Counted from the first letter of the stretch, positions 8,023 through 16,442 are shown. The stretch: DNA of 64,000 bases from an uncultured Nitrospira sp. (GCA_947085825.1 CAMTXX010000039.1:12343-76342); one strand, 5' to 3'. Numbers and translations: made by a program. Notes: a model not told the origin generated them from the letters alone.

Positions 8023-8852
8023 CCCTGTGTCTCCACTACAATATCCTCACTAACCAATTCTTTTAGTTTCTCCTGAATTCTTCCGAGTGTTACATCTGAC
8101 ATCATACAGCCGGTACACATCCCCCGCAGTTCAACAATCACTTTATTCCCTTCTATATCTATCAATTCCACATCCCCGTTATCAGCCTGGAGACCTGGCC
8201 TTATTTCTGTTTCGATAATCTCCTGTACGAGGGCGATTTTCCGGAGATTTGTCAGCTTTTTAGGTTTAGCCGGCATTGCCGGTTTTTTTACAGACCACAA
8301 ATCTGTCAGGATATCATTGATTTCTGCACGGCATTCTCCGCAACCGCCGCCGGCTTTGGTATAGTCAGTAATTTCATCAACCGTAGTAAGGTGATTTTCA
8401 ATCGCTATCTTCCGTATCTTGTCTTCAGTGACATCAAAACACTTGCATACAACCTTTTCTTTGGGTTCTAAAGGAAAAGATTCACCTCTATAGTTGGCTA
8501 TGGCTGCCTCAAGCGCTTCTCTTCCCATGACAGAACAGTGCATCTTCTGATCAGGCAGGCCGCCGAGATAATCAGCAATATCCTTATTCGTGATTTTTAA
8601 AGCCTCTTCCGGGGTTTTTCCTTTTACCAGTTCAGTAAGGGCTGATGAACTCGCTATGGCGCTTGCGCATCCAAAGGTCTGGAATTTGGCATCAGTGATC
8701 CTGCCTGTATCTTTGTCTATTTTGAGAAAGAGCTTGAGCGCATCACCGCATACAATATTTCCCACTTCACCGACAGCGTCCGCATCCGCAATCTCTCCTG
8801 CATTCCTGGGGTGTAAAAACGCATTTTTGACCTTTTCAGTATATTCCCACAT
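8019..8852 (-). CDS. nifU: Full-length three-domain NifU Fe-S scaffold
   Basis: 277 aa. The N-terminal IscU-like domain has GDALKLF, FGCASAIASS and HCSV. The central region has a Cys cluster (CKCF...GGCGEC). The C-terminal NifU domain has GMCTGC. Confidence 0.9.
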   Translation of the reverse strand: MWEYTEKVKNAFLHPRNAGEIADADAVGEVGNIVCGDALKLFLKIDKDTGRITDAKFQTFGCASAIASSSALTELVKGKTPEEALKITNKDIADYLGGLPDQKMHCSVMGREALEAAIANYRGESFPLEPKEKVVCKCFDVTEDKIRKIAIENHLTTVDEITDYTKAGGGCGECRAEINDILTDLWSVKKPAMPAKPKKLTNLRKIALVQEIIETEIRPGLQADNGDVELIDIEGNKVIVELRGMCTGCMMSDVTLGRIQEKLKELVSEDIVVETQG

Positions 8853-9122
8853 AGTTACATTAATACACAGAAATTATTCTAAGTCAATGCCTGAAAATAT
8901 GAGAAATCAGGACAGGCATGGACATAGTTTCCAGTTTTTGGATATTAGGAATAAGGGAAGGATCAGGCGGCAAGGAGTGGATTCATATTCCTGATCTTTT
9001 CCCTTATCATTTACGCAATTGTTTAACCCTACAATTTAAGTGTTCCTTGCAGGGATTTTGAAAAAAAAAGAGAGATAGTGTTACATTATTTTACGTTAGA
9101 TATTTTACTGGAAGGAGTACTT

Positions 9123-9596
9123 GTGCAGAGAATACCGCTCACCCCTGGGGGATTCAGAAAACTTCAGGAAGAACTTGAGAAACTCATGAAAGTTGACAGG
9201 CCAAAGAATATACAGGCCATAGCAGAAGCCCGCGCTCACGGTGACCTGTCTGAAAATGCCGAGTATCATGCTGCAAAGGAACAGCAGTCTTTTATTGCAG
9301 GCAGAATAGAGGAGCTTAAATCCAAAATAGCGTTGGCTCAGGTTATTGATCCATCCAAAATTAAACAGTCCAGCGTCGGCTTTGGAGCAAAGGTCAGGGT
9401 GCTTGATACAGAGGCTGATGTGGAATACTTCTTTATTCTTGTCGGTACTGAAGAAGCTGATCTAAAACAGGGGAAGATTTCACTCAGCTCACCTGTAGGG
9501 AAAGCGCTTATCGGAAAAGAAGTGGGAGATACGGCTGTAATAAAGGCCCCTGCAAGAATGATAGAGTATGAGATATTGGAGATAACCTTTGAGTAG
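9123..9596 (+). CDS. greA: Transcription elongation factor GreA
   Basis: GTG start at 9123 lies 5 nt after GGAGG (9113-9117). The sequence (IPLT..G...L..EL..L....RP....I..AR..GDLSENAEY.AAKE) matches GreA. The track ORF from 9078 adds 15 implausible residues. Confidence 0.9.
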   Translation: MQRIPLTPGGFRKLQEELEKLMKVDRPKNIQAIAEARAHGDLSENAEYHAAKEQQSFIAGRIEELKSKIALAQVIDPSKIKQSSVGFGAKVRVLDTEADVEYFFILVGTEEADLKQGKISLSSPVGKALIGKEVGDTAVIKAPARMIEYEILEITFE

Positions 9597-10359
9597 ATAT
9601 TTTACATCCGCAATTATAGAGAATATCGCCTTAAATAATAACCATAACCTTCTAACTCTGAACATGCCTGAGGGAACAGTGGAGCCTTTACCGGGACAGT
9701 TTTATATGCTCGAAGTAAACAGGGGTACCGCTCCTCTTTTGAAAAGGGCCTTCAGTCTTTTCAGGAGAATTTCCGGCGGTTTTCAGGTGATGTACAGGAT
9801 AAAGGGCAGGGGGACTTCTCTCTTGAGGGAAATGAGAAAGGAAGATACTATTGAGGTTCTCGGGCCCCTTGGAAACCACTATCCGGTCCCTCCGGAAGGA
9901 GAGGCGCCTTTAGTTATTGCAGGTGGAATAGGCATCGCCTCTGTCTTCCCTTTTCTTAATAATTATCAGGGAAGGGCATCTGTTTTCTATGGCGCACGCT
10001 CCGGTGATGAGATTTTTATGCTGGATGAACTGAAGGCTATGAGCAAAGAAATATTTATTTCCACTGATGACGGCTCTCTGGGGACAAAAGGAAATATTGT
10101 TGATGTTCTGAATAATTTTTTAAACAGCAACAGGTCAGATATCAACAATTATGTATTGTACGCATGCGGTCCTCATACTATGCTTAGAGCAATTTCAGAG
10201 GTCTCTGCCTCAAGGGGCATCACAGCATATATTTCGATGGAAGAGCATATGGCCTGCGGCCTCGGGGCTTGCCTCGGGTGTGTGGTGAAAACGAAAACAG
10301 GCTATAAGAGAGTTTGCAAGGAAGGCCCGGTGTTTAAATCAGAAGAGATTATATGGTGA
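9589..10359 (+). CDS. pyrK: Dihydroorotate dehydrogenase electron-transfer subunit
   Basis: 256 aa. FAD/NAD-binding pattern (PGQFYML, RAFS, GGIGIA) and a C-terminal 2Fe-2S Cys cluster CG.GACLGC...C. Lies immediately upstream of pyrD. Confidence 0.85.
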   Translation: MSRYFTSAIIENIALNNNHNLLTLNMPEGTVEPLPGQFYMLEVNRGTAPLLKRAFSLFRRISGGFQVMYRIKGRGTSLLREMRKEDTIEVLGPLGNHYPVPPEGEAPLVIAGGIGIASVFPFLNNYQGRASVFYGARSGDEIFMLDELKAMSKEIFISTDDGSLGTKGNIVDVLNNFLNSNRSDINNYVLYACGPHTMLRAISEVSASRGITAYISMEEHMACGLGACLGCVVKTKTGYKRVCKEGPVFKSEEIIW

Positions 10360-10363
10360 CAGG

Positions 10364-11275
10364 ATGAACCTTGAGGTTTGCATCGGGAAACTGAAGCTTA
10401 AGAATCCGGTTATGACGGCCTCAGGCACCTTCGGTTATGGCGAAGAATATTCAGAGTTTGTAGATCTTAACAGGCTTGGAGCTGTTGTAGTAAAGGGACT
10501 TTCCCTGATGCCAAAGGAAGGAAATCCGACACCGCGTATTGTAGAGACGCCTTCAGGGATGCTCAATTCTATAGGCCTTCAGAATATAGGGATCGAGAGA
10601 TTTATCAAAGAGAAGATACCGTTTCTTAAACGATTCAACACCTCAGTAATAGTCAATTTTTTTGGAGATACAAAAGAAGAATATGTTGAAGCGGCCCGGA
10701 TGCTGAGTTGCGTGGACGGGCTTCACGGCCTTGAGATGAATATATCCTGTCCGAATAAGCAGGCGGGATGGAGTATCTTCGGCACTGATCCAAAGGTCAC
10801 TTTTGATGTTGTCAGCGCTGTAAGGAAGAAGACGAATCTTACGCTTATTGTCAAACTTTCACCTAATGTCACCGATATTGCACTTATGGCAAAGGCAGCT
10901 GAAGATGCAGGTGCAGACGCTGTCTCTTTAATAAATACCCTAACAGGCATGGCTATTGATATACAGACCAGAAAGCCTAAGCTGGCGAATGTCAGAGGGG
11001 GGTTATCAGGCCCGGCTATCAGGCCGATCGCAGTTAGAATGGTTTACGAAGTAAAACAGGCGGTGAAGATACCCATAATAGGTATGGGAGGCATCATGAA
11101 TTCTGATGATGCAATGGAATTTATTATCGCCGGAGCTACGGCTGTTGCAGTCGGCACCGCAAACTTTATTAATCCGATGGCTACAATCGAAATTCTTGAT
11201 GGCATGATCGAATATATGAAAAAACACGGCATAGAGAATATAAGTTCTTTAACCGGGACTGTAAATGTCACATAA
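10364..11275 (+). CDS. pyrD: Dihydroorotate dehydrogenase catalytic subunit (class 1B)
   Basis: 303 aa. NPVMTASGTFGYG, NISCPN and GGLSGPAIRPIA motifs. Confidence 0.92.
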   Translation: MNLEVCIGKLKLKNPVMTASGTFGYGEEYSEFVDLNRLGAVVVKGLSLMPKEGNPTPRIVETPSGMLNSIGLQNIGIERFIKEKIPFLKRFNTSVIVNFFGDTKEEYVEAARMLSCVDGLHGLEMNISCPNKQAGWSIFGTDPKVTFDVVSAVRKKTNLTLIVKLSPNVTDIALMAKAAEDAGADAVSLINTLTGMAIDIQTRKPKLANVRGGLSGPAIRPIAVRMVYEVKQAVKIPIIGMGGIMNSDDAMEFIIAGATAVAVGTANFINPMATIEILDGMIEYMKKHGIENISSLTGTVNVT

Positions 11276-11435
11276 CTACTCAGGTAGATAGGCTGAAGAC
11301 TTTTAGGAGTAAATCATGCGTGGTCACACAAAACTTCGTGCATTTGAGTTGAGATAATTTATAGCCTTCAGCCTTCAGTCTAAACACCTGATCAGTTGCA
11401 TTTTTTCTTAGTCCTTAAATATCCCGCAATAATAC

Positions 11436-11462
11436 TTGACAGAAATACTAAACTATTATAAT
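11436..11462 (+). promoter_or_regulatory. Sigma70-like promoter placed for a leaderless Rrf2-regulator mRNA
   Basis: TTGACA (11436-11441), a 15-nt spacer, then TATAAT (11457-11462). Only 7 nt (TTAAACA) separate the -10 from the ATG at 11470, and there is no Shine-Dalgarno. The promoter overlaps an A/T-rich pseudo-palindrome, ATACTTGACAGAAATACTAAACTAT. Confidence 0.45.
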
Positions 11463-11469
11463 TTAAACA

Positions 11470-11946
11470 ATGCTGAGATTATCTACAAAAAGTCAGTATG
11501 GGGTAAGGGCCATGTTCGAGATAGCAAATGGCTATCAGACAGGGCCCGTGACCATAAAAGAGATATCCGAAAAGCAGGCTGTGTCAACAGCATATCTTGA
11601 ACAGATATTAAACACACTGAGAAAGGCCGGGATTATAAAAAGCGTGAGAGGTCCTGGCGGCGGTTATGTGTTAAATAAAGCCCCGGATAATATCAGCATT
11701 GGAGCAATTCTCAGGGAACTTGATGGCCCTGTTGCCATAACCTCCTGCCTCGACCCCAAGGAAGGATGCATGAGAATTGATGGCTGTGTTACGCATCTAT
11801 TATGGAAATCCCTTGGTGAGAAGATAGAGGCTTTTCTTGATAATATGACCCTGCAGGACTTGATTGAGAACCAGCCACAAATAAAGACGAACAGAAAGAA
11901 GAATAAAAGTAAGAGGCCGGAGCGGCTGATTAAAATACCGTTATGA
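11470..11946 (+). CDS. Rrf2-family transcriptional regulator (IscR-like)
   Basis: 158 aa. Rrf2 wHTH (LSTKSQYGVRAM..., GPGGGY) and three clustered Cys (C..C.....C). Heads an iscS-iscU operon. Confidence 0.85.
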   Translation: MLRLSTKSQYGVRAMFEIANGYQTGPVTIKEISEKQAVSTAYLEQILNTLRKAGIIKSVRGPGGGYVLNKAPDNISIGAILRELDGPVAITSCLDPKEGCMRIDGCVTHLLWKSLGEKIEAFLDNMTLQDLIENQPQIKTNRKKNKSKRPERLIKIPL

Positions 11947-12194
11947 AATTCATAGAGAATGTAAAGCCTGATGTAACAACGGATATTGTTTATATGATGT
12001 GTCCCATGCATCTTCTGAAACTCGAGGAGCAGATAAAAGAACTCGAACAGGGACAGATACTCGAGATAATGACTGATTATGACGGCGCGCTTGAAGATAT
12101 TCCGGCATGGTGTGATAAGACCGGAAATGAATTTCTCGGCATGGAAGATTCCGGTGATTTTTACAAGTTTTATATTAAAAAGCTTACGAGGTGA
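11943..12194 (+). CDS. TusA/SirA-family sulfur-carrier protein
   Basis: 83 aa. Active-site-like MCPMH, followed by the fold pattern ...GQILEI.TD......DIPAWC...G. ATGA overlap with the regulator gene. Confidence 0.7.
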   Translation: MKFIENVKPDVTTDIVYMMCPMHLLKLEEQIKELEQGQILEIMTDYDGALEDIPAWCDKTGNEFLGMEDSGDFYKFYIKKLTR

Positions 12195-12196
12195 TT

Positions 12197-13396
12197 ATGA
12201 GAAAGTGTTATTTTGATCATGTTGCAACGAATCCCCTGCATCCTGAGGCGCTTGAGGCGATGATGCCTTATTTTAAAGAGGAATTCGGCAATCCCCTTAG
12301 TATTTATGAATATGGCAGCAGGGCCAAGAAGGCTATTGAAGAGGCAAGAGAAAAAGTCGCCGGTCTTGTCAAGGCAAAACCTGCGGAAATCATTTTTACT
12401 GCCAGCGGGGCTGAAGCAAATAATTTCGCCTTGAGGGGCATTGCCCTTGCAAAGCAGAATGAAGGCAAGCATATCGTGGTTTCGAGGATGGAGCACCACT
12501 CAATCCTGAACTCAGCCAGGTTTCTGGAGAAAAGCGGTTTTGTCGTTACCTATCTCCCTGTTGATAAAAAAGGTTTTGTAGACCCGGCTGCCGTTAAGAA
12601 AGCGATAACAAAAGAAACTGTTTTGATATCTGTAACACACGCCAGCAGTGAGGTGGGCACAATAGAACCTTTGAAGGAAATAGTAAAGGTGGCAAAAGAG
12701 CATAATGTCCTTGTCCATACTGATGCTGTTGCTGCTGTCGGTAATATACCGGTTGATGTCAAAGACCTGGGGGTTGACCTCCTCAGTATGGCTGCACATC
12801 AGTTTTACGGGCCAAAAGGCGCCGGAGCGCTTTTTATAAAACAGGGCTTGAGGATAGTGCCGCTTATCTATGGTGGAATCCAGGAGACCGGCAGACGTGC
12901 CGGCACAGAGAATGTCCCTGCAATTGTCGGAATGGGAAAAGCGGCTGAACTCGCGCAAAAAGAGTTGCAGGGCAGAATGGATTATTTACGGCCGCTCCGA
13001 GACCGCATTATCAATACCATGTCAGGGGCAAAAAATGTTTTTCTGACCGGTGACAGTGAAAACAGACTGCCCGGGCATGTGAGTTTTTGTGTAGAATTCA
13101 TCGAAGGAGAGGCGCTGCTTCTTCTGCTTGCTTCGAAAGGTATTTTTTCAGCAAGCGGTTCTGCCTGTTCATCAAAGGCTCTCAAGGCCTCGCCGGTATT
13201 GCTTTCTATGGGTGTCCCGGCAGGACTCGCACAAGGTTCGATTGTATTCAGCCTTGGTATGGGGAACACCCCTGAAGATGTAGATTATCTGCTTGAGGAG
13301 TTCCCTGTAGTTATAAAAAGACTTAGAGATATTTCTCCGTTTGCGCAAGGATGGGGAGATAAGGAGGAAGGTGGAGAATGTACAGTGAAAAAGTGA
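12197..13396 (+). CDS. iscS: Cysteine desulfurase, IscS/NifS family
   Basis: ATG at 12197 follows GAGGTG. FDHVATNP, HQFYGPKGAGALF (PLP-Lys region) and SASGSACSS are present. The track ORF starts 6 nt earlier at a GTG. Confidence 0.9.
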   Translation: MRKCYFDHVATNPLHPEALEAMMPYFKEEFGNPLSIYEYGSRAKKAIEEAREKVAGLVKAKPAEIIFTASGAEANNFALRGIALAKQNEGKHIVVSRMEHHSILNSARFLEKSGFVVTYLPVDKKGFVDPAAVKKAITKETVLISVTHASSEVGTIEPLKEIVKVAKEHNVLVHTDAVAAVGNIPVDVKDLGVDLLSMAAHQFYGPKGAGALFIKQGLRIVPLIYGGIQETGRRAGTENVPAIVGMGKAAELAQKELQGRMDYLRPLRDRIINTMSGAKNVFLTGDSENRLPGHVSFCVEFIEGEALLLLLASKGIFSASGSACSSKALKASPVLLSMGVPAGLAQGSIVFSLGMGNTPEDVDYLLEEFPVVIKRLRDISPFAQGWGDKEEGGECTVKK

Positions 13397-13749
13397 TGGA
13401 CCATTTTACCAATCCGAGGAATGTCGGCGATATGGAGGACGCTGATGGTGTAGGCATTGAAGGAAATCCGACCTGCGGCGATACCATGAAGATCTCTATC
13501 AAGGTTAAGGACAATCGTATTGTTGACGCTAAATTCAAGACATTTGGCTGCGGTTCTGCCATTGCGGTAAGCAGTATGGTAACTGAAATGGTAAAGGGCA
13601 AGACTCTGGAGGAAGCGATGGCAATATCCAAGGAAGCTGTTGCAGATGCCTTGGATGGTCTTCCTCCCCAGAAGATGCACTGCTCGAATTTGGGGGCCGA
13701 TGCCTTACGAAAAGCTATTGAAGATTATAAGAGCAGACAGAATAAATAG
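13378..13749 (+). CDS. iscU: Fe-S cluster scaffold IscU
   Basis: 123 aa. GNPTCGDTM, FGCGSAIA, LPPQKMHCS. Preceded by AAGGAGGAAGGTGGAG. Confidence 0.92.
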   Translation: MYSEKVMDHFTNPRNVGDMEDADGVGIEGNPTCGDTMKISIKVKDNRIVDAKFKTFGCGSAIAVSSMVTEMVKGKTLEEAMAISKEAVADALDGLPPQKMHCSNLGADALRKAIEDYKSRQNK

Positions 13750-13765
13750 ATTCATTAATTCAAAA

Positions 13766-13907
13766 CAGGTGAGCCTCTTGCAAAAGCATGAGAATTCCCA
13801 TTTTGTCATTCCGAACGAAGTGAGGAATCTTTTACTATCAATGAGTTATAAGACCTCTCGCTCCGCTCGAGGTGACATTTTCGAGACTTTTGCAAGAGCC
13901 TCAGGTG
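13766..13907. repeat. ~140-bp nested-palindrome intergenic element
   Basis: The outer inverted repeat is CTCTTGCAAAAG / CTTTTGCAAGAG (12 bp, perfect). The inner arms are GTCATTCCGAACGAAGTGAGGAATC and GACCTCTCGCTCCGCTCGAGGTGAC, which are imperfectly complementary. Confidence 0.5.
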
Positions 13908-14027
13908 AATTAGAATATTCCGAAATAGATTATGCGGGCTGATTGTCAATAGATAATTGTGAATACAGCAATACAGCAACCTTTCCTTTACAAAAAAAAA
14001 ACGAACTGGTAATATATTATGTTCCGG

Positions 14028-14119
14028 GAGAGGTGGCCGAGCCGGCTGAAGGCAACCGCCTGCTAAGCGGTTGTGGGGGTAAGACTCCACCCAGGGTTCG
14101 AATCCCTGCCTCTCCGCCA
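14028..14119 (+). tRNA. tRNA-Ser (anticodon GCU)
   Basis: Acceptor stem GGAGAGG / CCTCTCC, anticodon loop CTGCTAA, long variable arm, T-loop GGTTCGAATCC, and an encoded CCA. Confidence 0.9.
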
Positions 14120-14153
14120 TATTTAGGGTTAAAAAAAAATTAAGGAGGAAGCA

Positions 14154-14672
14154 ATGAAGAAACAAGTTTTAGCAGTTGTATGCAGTCTTTCACTTTTATT
14201 GGCAGCAGGAGCTTGCAAGAAGAAAGAGGAAAAACCACCGGTACCCCAAACAGGCATGCCGGCCCAGCAGGAGGGTATGCCCCCAGGGCAGGAGGTAATG
14301 ATGCCAAAGGGCCAGACGACCGTTGTTGTCCCTGACTCTGTAAAGGGTAAATGGAAAGGAGTAATCCTTGTTGTGACGGATAAGAAAACCAATAAACCTC
14401 AGGAATTTACAGTAAATCTCAACAGTGACCTTTCAATTCCAAATTCAAATCTGAAAATTTCTGTCGGAGAATTCCTGCCTGACTTTAAAATGGACGGCCT
14501 CACTATCACTTCAAGTTCAAATGAACCGAACAATCCTGCCGTCGGGGTGAAAGTCTTTGAAAATGATAAGGAGATTTTTAAAGGATGGCTGTATTTAAAA
14601 TTTCCTGCGATCCATCCTTTTGAACATCCTGCCTACAGTATTGCCCTGAAAAGCGGGCAGAAGAAAGGCTAA
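14154..14672 (+). CDS. Lipoprotein of unknown function
   Basis: 172 aa. Signal peptide with lipobox LAAGAC, a Pro/Gln/Met-rich linker, and an AGGAGG RBS. Sits between two tRNA genes. Confidence 0.7.
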   Translation: MKKQVLAVVCSLSLLLAAGACKKKEEKPPVPQTGMPAQQEGMPPGQEVMMPKGQTTVVVPDSVKGKWKGVILVVTDKKTNKPQEFTVNLNSDLSIPNSNLKISVGEFLPDFKMDGLTITSSSNEPNNPAVGVKVFENDKEIFKGWLYLKFPAIHPFEHPAYSIALKSGQKKG

Positions 14673-14691
14673 TACCTGAGACAGAAGGTGT

Positions 14692-14768
14692 GCGCCCTTA
14701 GCTCAGCTGGATAGAGCGTCAGACTACGAATCTGTAGGCCGGGGGTTCGAATCCCTCAGGGCGCGCCA
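14692..14768 (+). tRNA. tRNA-Arg (anticodon ACG)
   Basis: Acceptor stem GCGCCCT / AGGGCGC, D-loop AGCTCAGCTGGATAGAGC, anticodon loop CTACGAA, T-loop GGTTCGAATCC, and an encoded CCA. Confidence 0.92.
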
Positions 14769-14774
14769 GCTTTA

Positions 14775-15248
14775 ATGAGCATTAATATTAACCAGGATCC
14801 TGAGGTTTATTTTATGAGGCTGGCTTTGAAAGAAGCCGGCCGTGCTTTTCAGACAGGAGAAGTCCCGGTCGGAGCTGTTTTTGTAAAAGATGGAAAAGTC
14901 ATAAGTTCCTCCCATAACCTCAGAGAAACCACGAAAGACCCTTCAGCTCACGCGGAGATCCTTGTATTGAGAGATGCTGCTAAAATATCCGGCAGTTGGC
15001 GCTTGAACGAATCGACAATATACGTTACCAAGGAGCCGTGCGTCATGTGCGCCGGGGCCCTTGTGAATTCCAGGATAACACGTCTGGTTTACGGCTGCAG
15101 GGATGAGAAGGCAGGCGGGGTTGATAGCCTTTACAAGATTCTCAATGACAAGCGGCTGAACCATCAGGTCGAGGTTGTTTCCGGCATCCTTGAGGATGAA
15201 TGTGCCGGGATACTCAGAAAATTTTTTAAAGAGCGCAGACTGCGTTAA
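14775..15248 (+). CDS. tadA: tRNA-specific adenosine(34) deaminase TadA
   Basis: CDA zinc motifs HAEILVLRDA and PCVMCAGAL. A likelier start is Met14 at 14814, which lies 8 nt after GAGG. Confidence 0.9.
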   Translation: MSININQDPEVYFMRLALKEAGRAFQTGEVPVGAVFVKDGKVISSSHNLRETTKDPSAHAEILVLRDAAKISGSWRLNESTIYVTKEPCVMCAGALVNSRITRLVYGCRDEKAGGVDSLYKILNDKRLNHQVEVVSGILEDECAGILRKFFKERRLR

Positions 15249-15281
15249 AGACCCTTTTTTCGCGACGAAAACGGACCGTGT

Positions 15282-16085
15282 TTATCTCAACCCCAGCACA
15301 TCCTGCATATCGTATAATCCGGAAGGCTTTCCGGCAAGCCACGAGGCAGCTTTTAAAGCGCCTCGTGCAAAGGTATCCCTGCTTGAGGCCTTGTGGGTGA
15401 TTTCGATCCTCTCTCCAAGTCCCCCGAATAATACGGTATGTTCTCCTACAATATCGCCGGCCCGCAGGGTCTGGATTCCTATCTCTTTTTTAGTCCTCTG
15501 GCCAATGATGCCTTTTCTTGCATAAACAGCTATTTCGTCAAGGTCCCGGTTCACAGCATCTGCTATTACCTGCGCCATTTTCAAGGCAGTGCCGCTGGGG
15601 GCGTCTTTTTTTAATCTGTGGTGAGCCTCCACAATTTCAATATCATAGTCATCACCCAGCACCCTGGCTATATCCTGAAGGACCTTTAGCAGGAGATTGA
15701 CCCCGAGACTCATATTCGAGGCCAATACGCACGGGATGGTTTTAGTCAGGGCTTCGATCTCTTTTAAATCTTCTTTGGAAAACCCTGTTGTTCCAATAAC
15801 CATCGCCTTACCTTTGGCTGAGGCGATTTTAAGGTTTTCCTTTGTTGATTCTATGGAAGTGAAATCTATGACTAAATCAACCTTGTCAATTATCTCTTCA
15901 ATGCCTGCTGAAAGTCTTATCCCGGTTTCACCAATCCCGGTGAGAATACCGACGTCTTTGCCTATATCAGCGTGGCCTTTTTTTTCAAAAGCGCCTGAAA
16001 GATATATGCCTTCATATTCTTTTGAAAGGGCTGTTATTCTGCTGCCCATCTTTCCTGCTGCGCCTGCTACTGCAATTTTTATCAT
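15282..16085 (-). CDS. dapB: 4-hydroxy-tetrahydrodipicolinate reductase
   Basis: MIKIAVAGAAGKMG Rossmann motif, EAHHRLKKDAPSGTA and HKASSRDTFARGAL. The ATG at 16085 lies 5 nt after GGAGG. The track ORF starts at a TTG 12 nt upstream. Confidence 0.92.
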   Translation of the reverse strand: MIKIAVAGAAGKMGSRITALSKEYEGIYLSGAFEKKGHADIGKDVGILTGIGETGIRLSAGIEEIIDKVDLVIDFTSIESTKENLKIASAKGKAMVIGTTGFSKEDLKEIEALTKTIPCVLASNMSLGVNLLLKVLQDIARVLGDDYDIEIVEAHHRLKKDAPSGTALKMAQVIADAVNRDLDEIAVYARKGIIGQRTKKEIGIQTLRAGDIVGEHTVLFGGLGERIEITHKASSRDTFARGALKAASWLAGKPSGLYDMQDVLGLR

Positions 16086-16121
16086 GTTAGCCTCCAATAT
16101 GCTTTTAACGAATTTAAAAAA

Positions 16122-16225
16122 CCGCAGAGTTCACAGAGTTATTATATCTCTTTTTTGGGTTATTACTCTGTGTCCTGTTTTTTGTTTAATAGTCATGGTG
16201 TTTTCTCTGTGTTCTCTGTGGTGAA
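16122..16225. repeat. Imperfect palindrome built from CACAGAG/CTCTGTG ~9-nt units
   Basis: Left arm CCGCAGAGTTCACAGAG (16122-16138). Right arm CTCTGTGTTCTCTGTGG (16205-16221), complementary at 13 of 17 positions. There is an internal CTCTGTGTCCTG at 16166-16177. Confidence 0.5.
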
Positions 16226-16249
16226 TTTCTGTTTTTTTATGCTTGCGTT

Positions 16250-16438
16250 CTATTTGTTGTCTTCCCCTTCTTCCTCCTCTGATTGGGCTGTTTCATCTAC
16301 AGGTTTCCCGGGAATCCGGTATTCATCTGATGCCCATGCCCCAAGATCGATAAGCTTGCAGCGTTCAGAGCAAAACGGTCTGAAAGGGTTCTCTTCCCAG
16401 GTTGTTATATTTTTACATACAGGACAGGTAATTTTCAT
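16250..16438 (-). CDS. yacG: YacG-like zinc-finger protein (DNA gyrase inhibitor family)
   Basis: 62 aa. CPVC...[14 protein letters not shown] signature plus an acidic C-terminal tail. Confidence 0.8.
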   Translation of the reverse strand: MKITCPVCKNITTWEENPFRPFCSERCKLIDLGAWASDEYRIPGKPVDETAQSEEEEGEDNK

Positions 16439-16442
16439 GTTA

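Noticed and set aside
9078-9122. N-terminal extensions in the ORF track for greA (9078), iscS (12191), dapB (16097), apbE (18409), TusA (30358), the E1-like gene (30594), ndk (46959), MIPS (47971) and the GGDEF gene (55526).
   Set aside because: In each case an internal start preceded by a GGAGG-like site gives the family-typical N-terminus or signal peptide. The extensions overlap upstream genes or add implausible residues.
11291-11373. A 13-codon ORF (MRGHTKLRAFELR, 11316-11357) with an AGGAG site, bracketed by GGCTGAAG / CTTCAGCC(TTCAG) inverted repeats. It could be a scrap of a four-helix-bundle (S23 IVS-type) gene.
   Set aside because: The similarity rests on about 6 residues. It is too short to support either a gene or a remnant call.
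13640-14165. Track ORFs 13640-13942 (+, 100 aa), 13806-14165 (-, 119 aa) and 13943-14143 (+, 66 aa).
   Set aside because: They run through the palindromic repeat and the tRNA-Ser gene. They have no RBS and a low-complexity, odd composition. They are best explained as chance ORFs across structured non-coding DNA.
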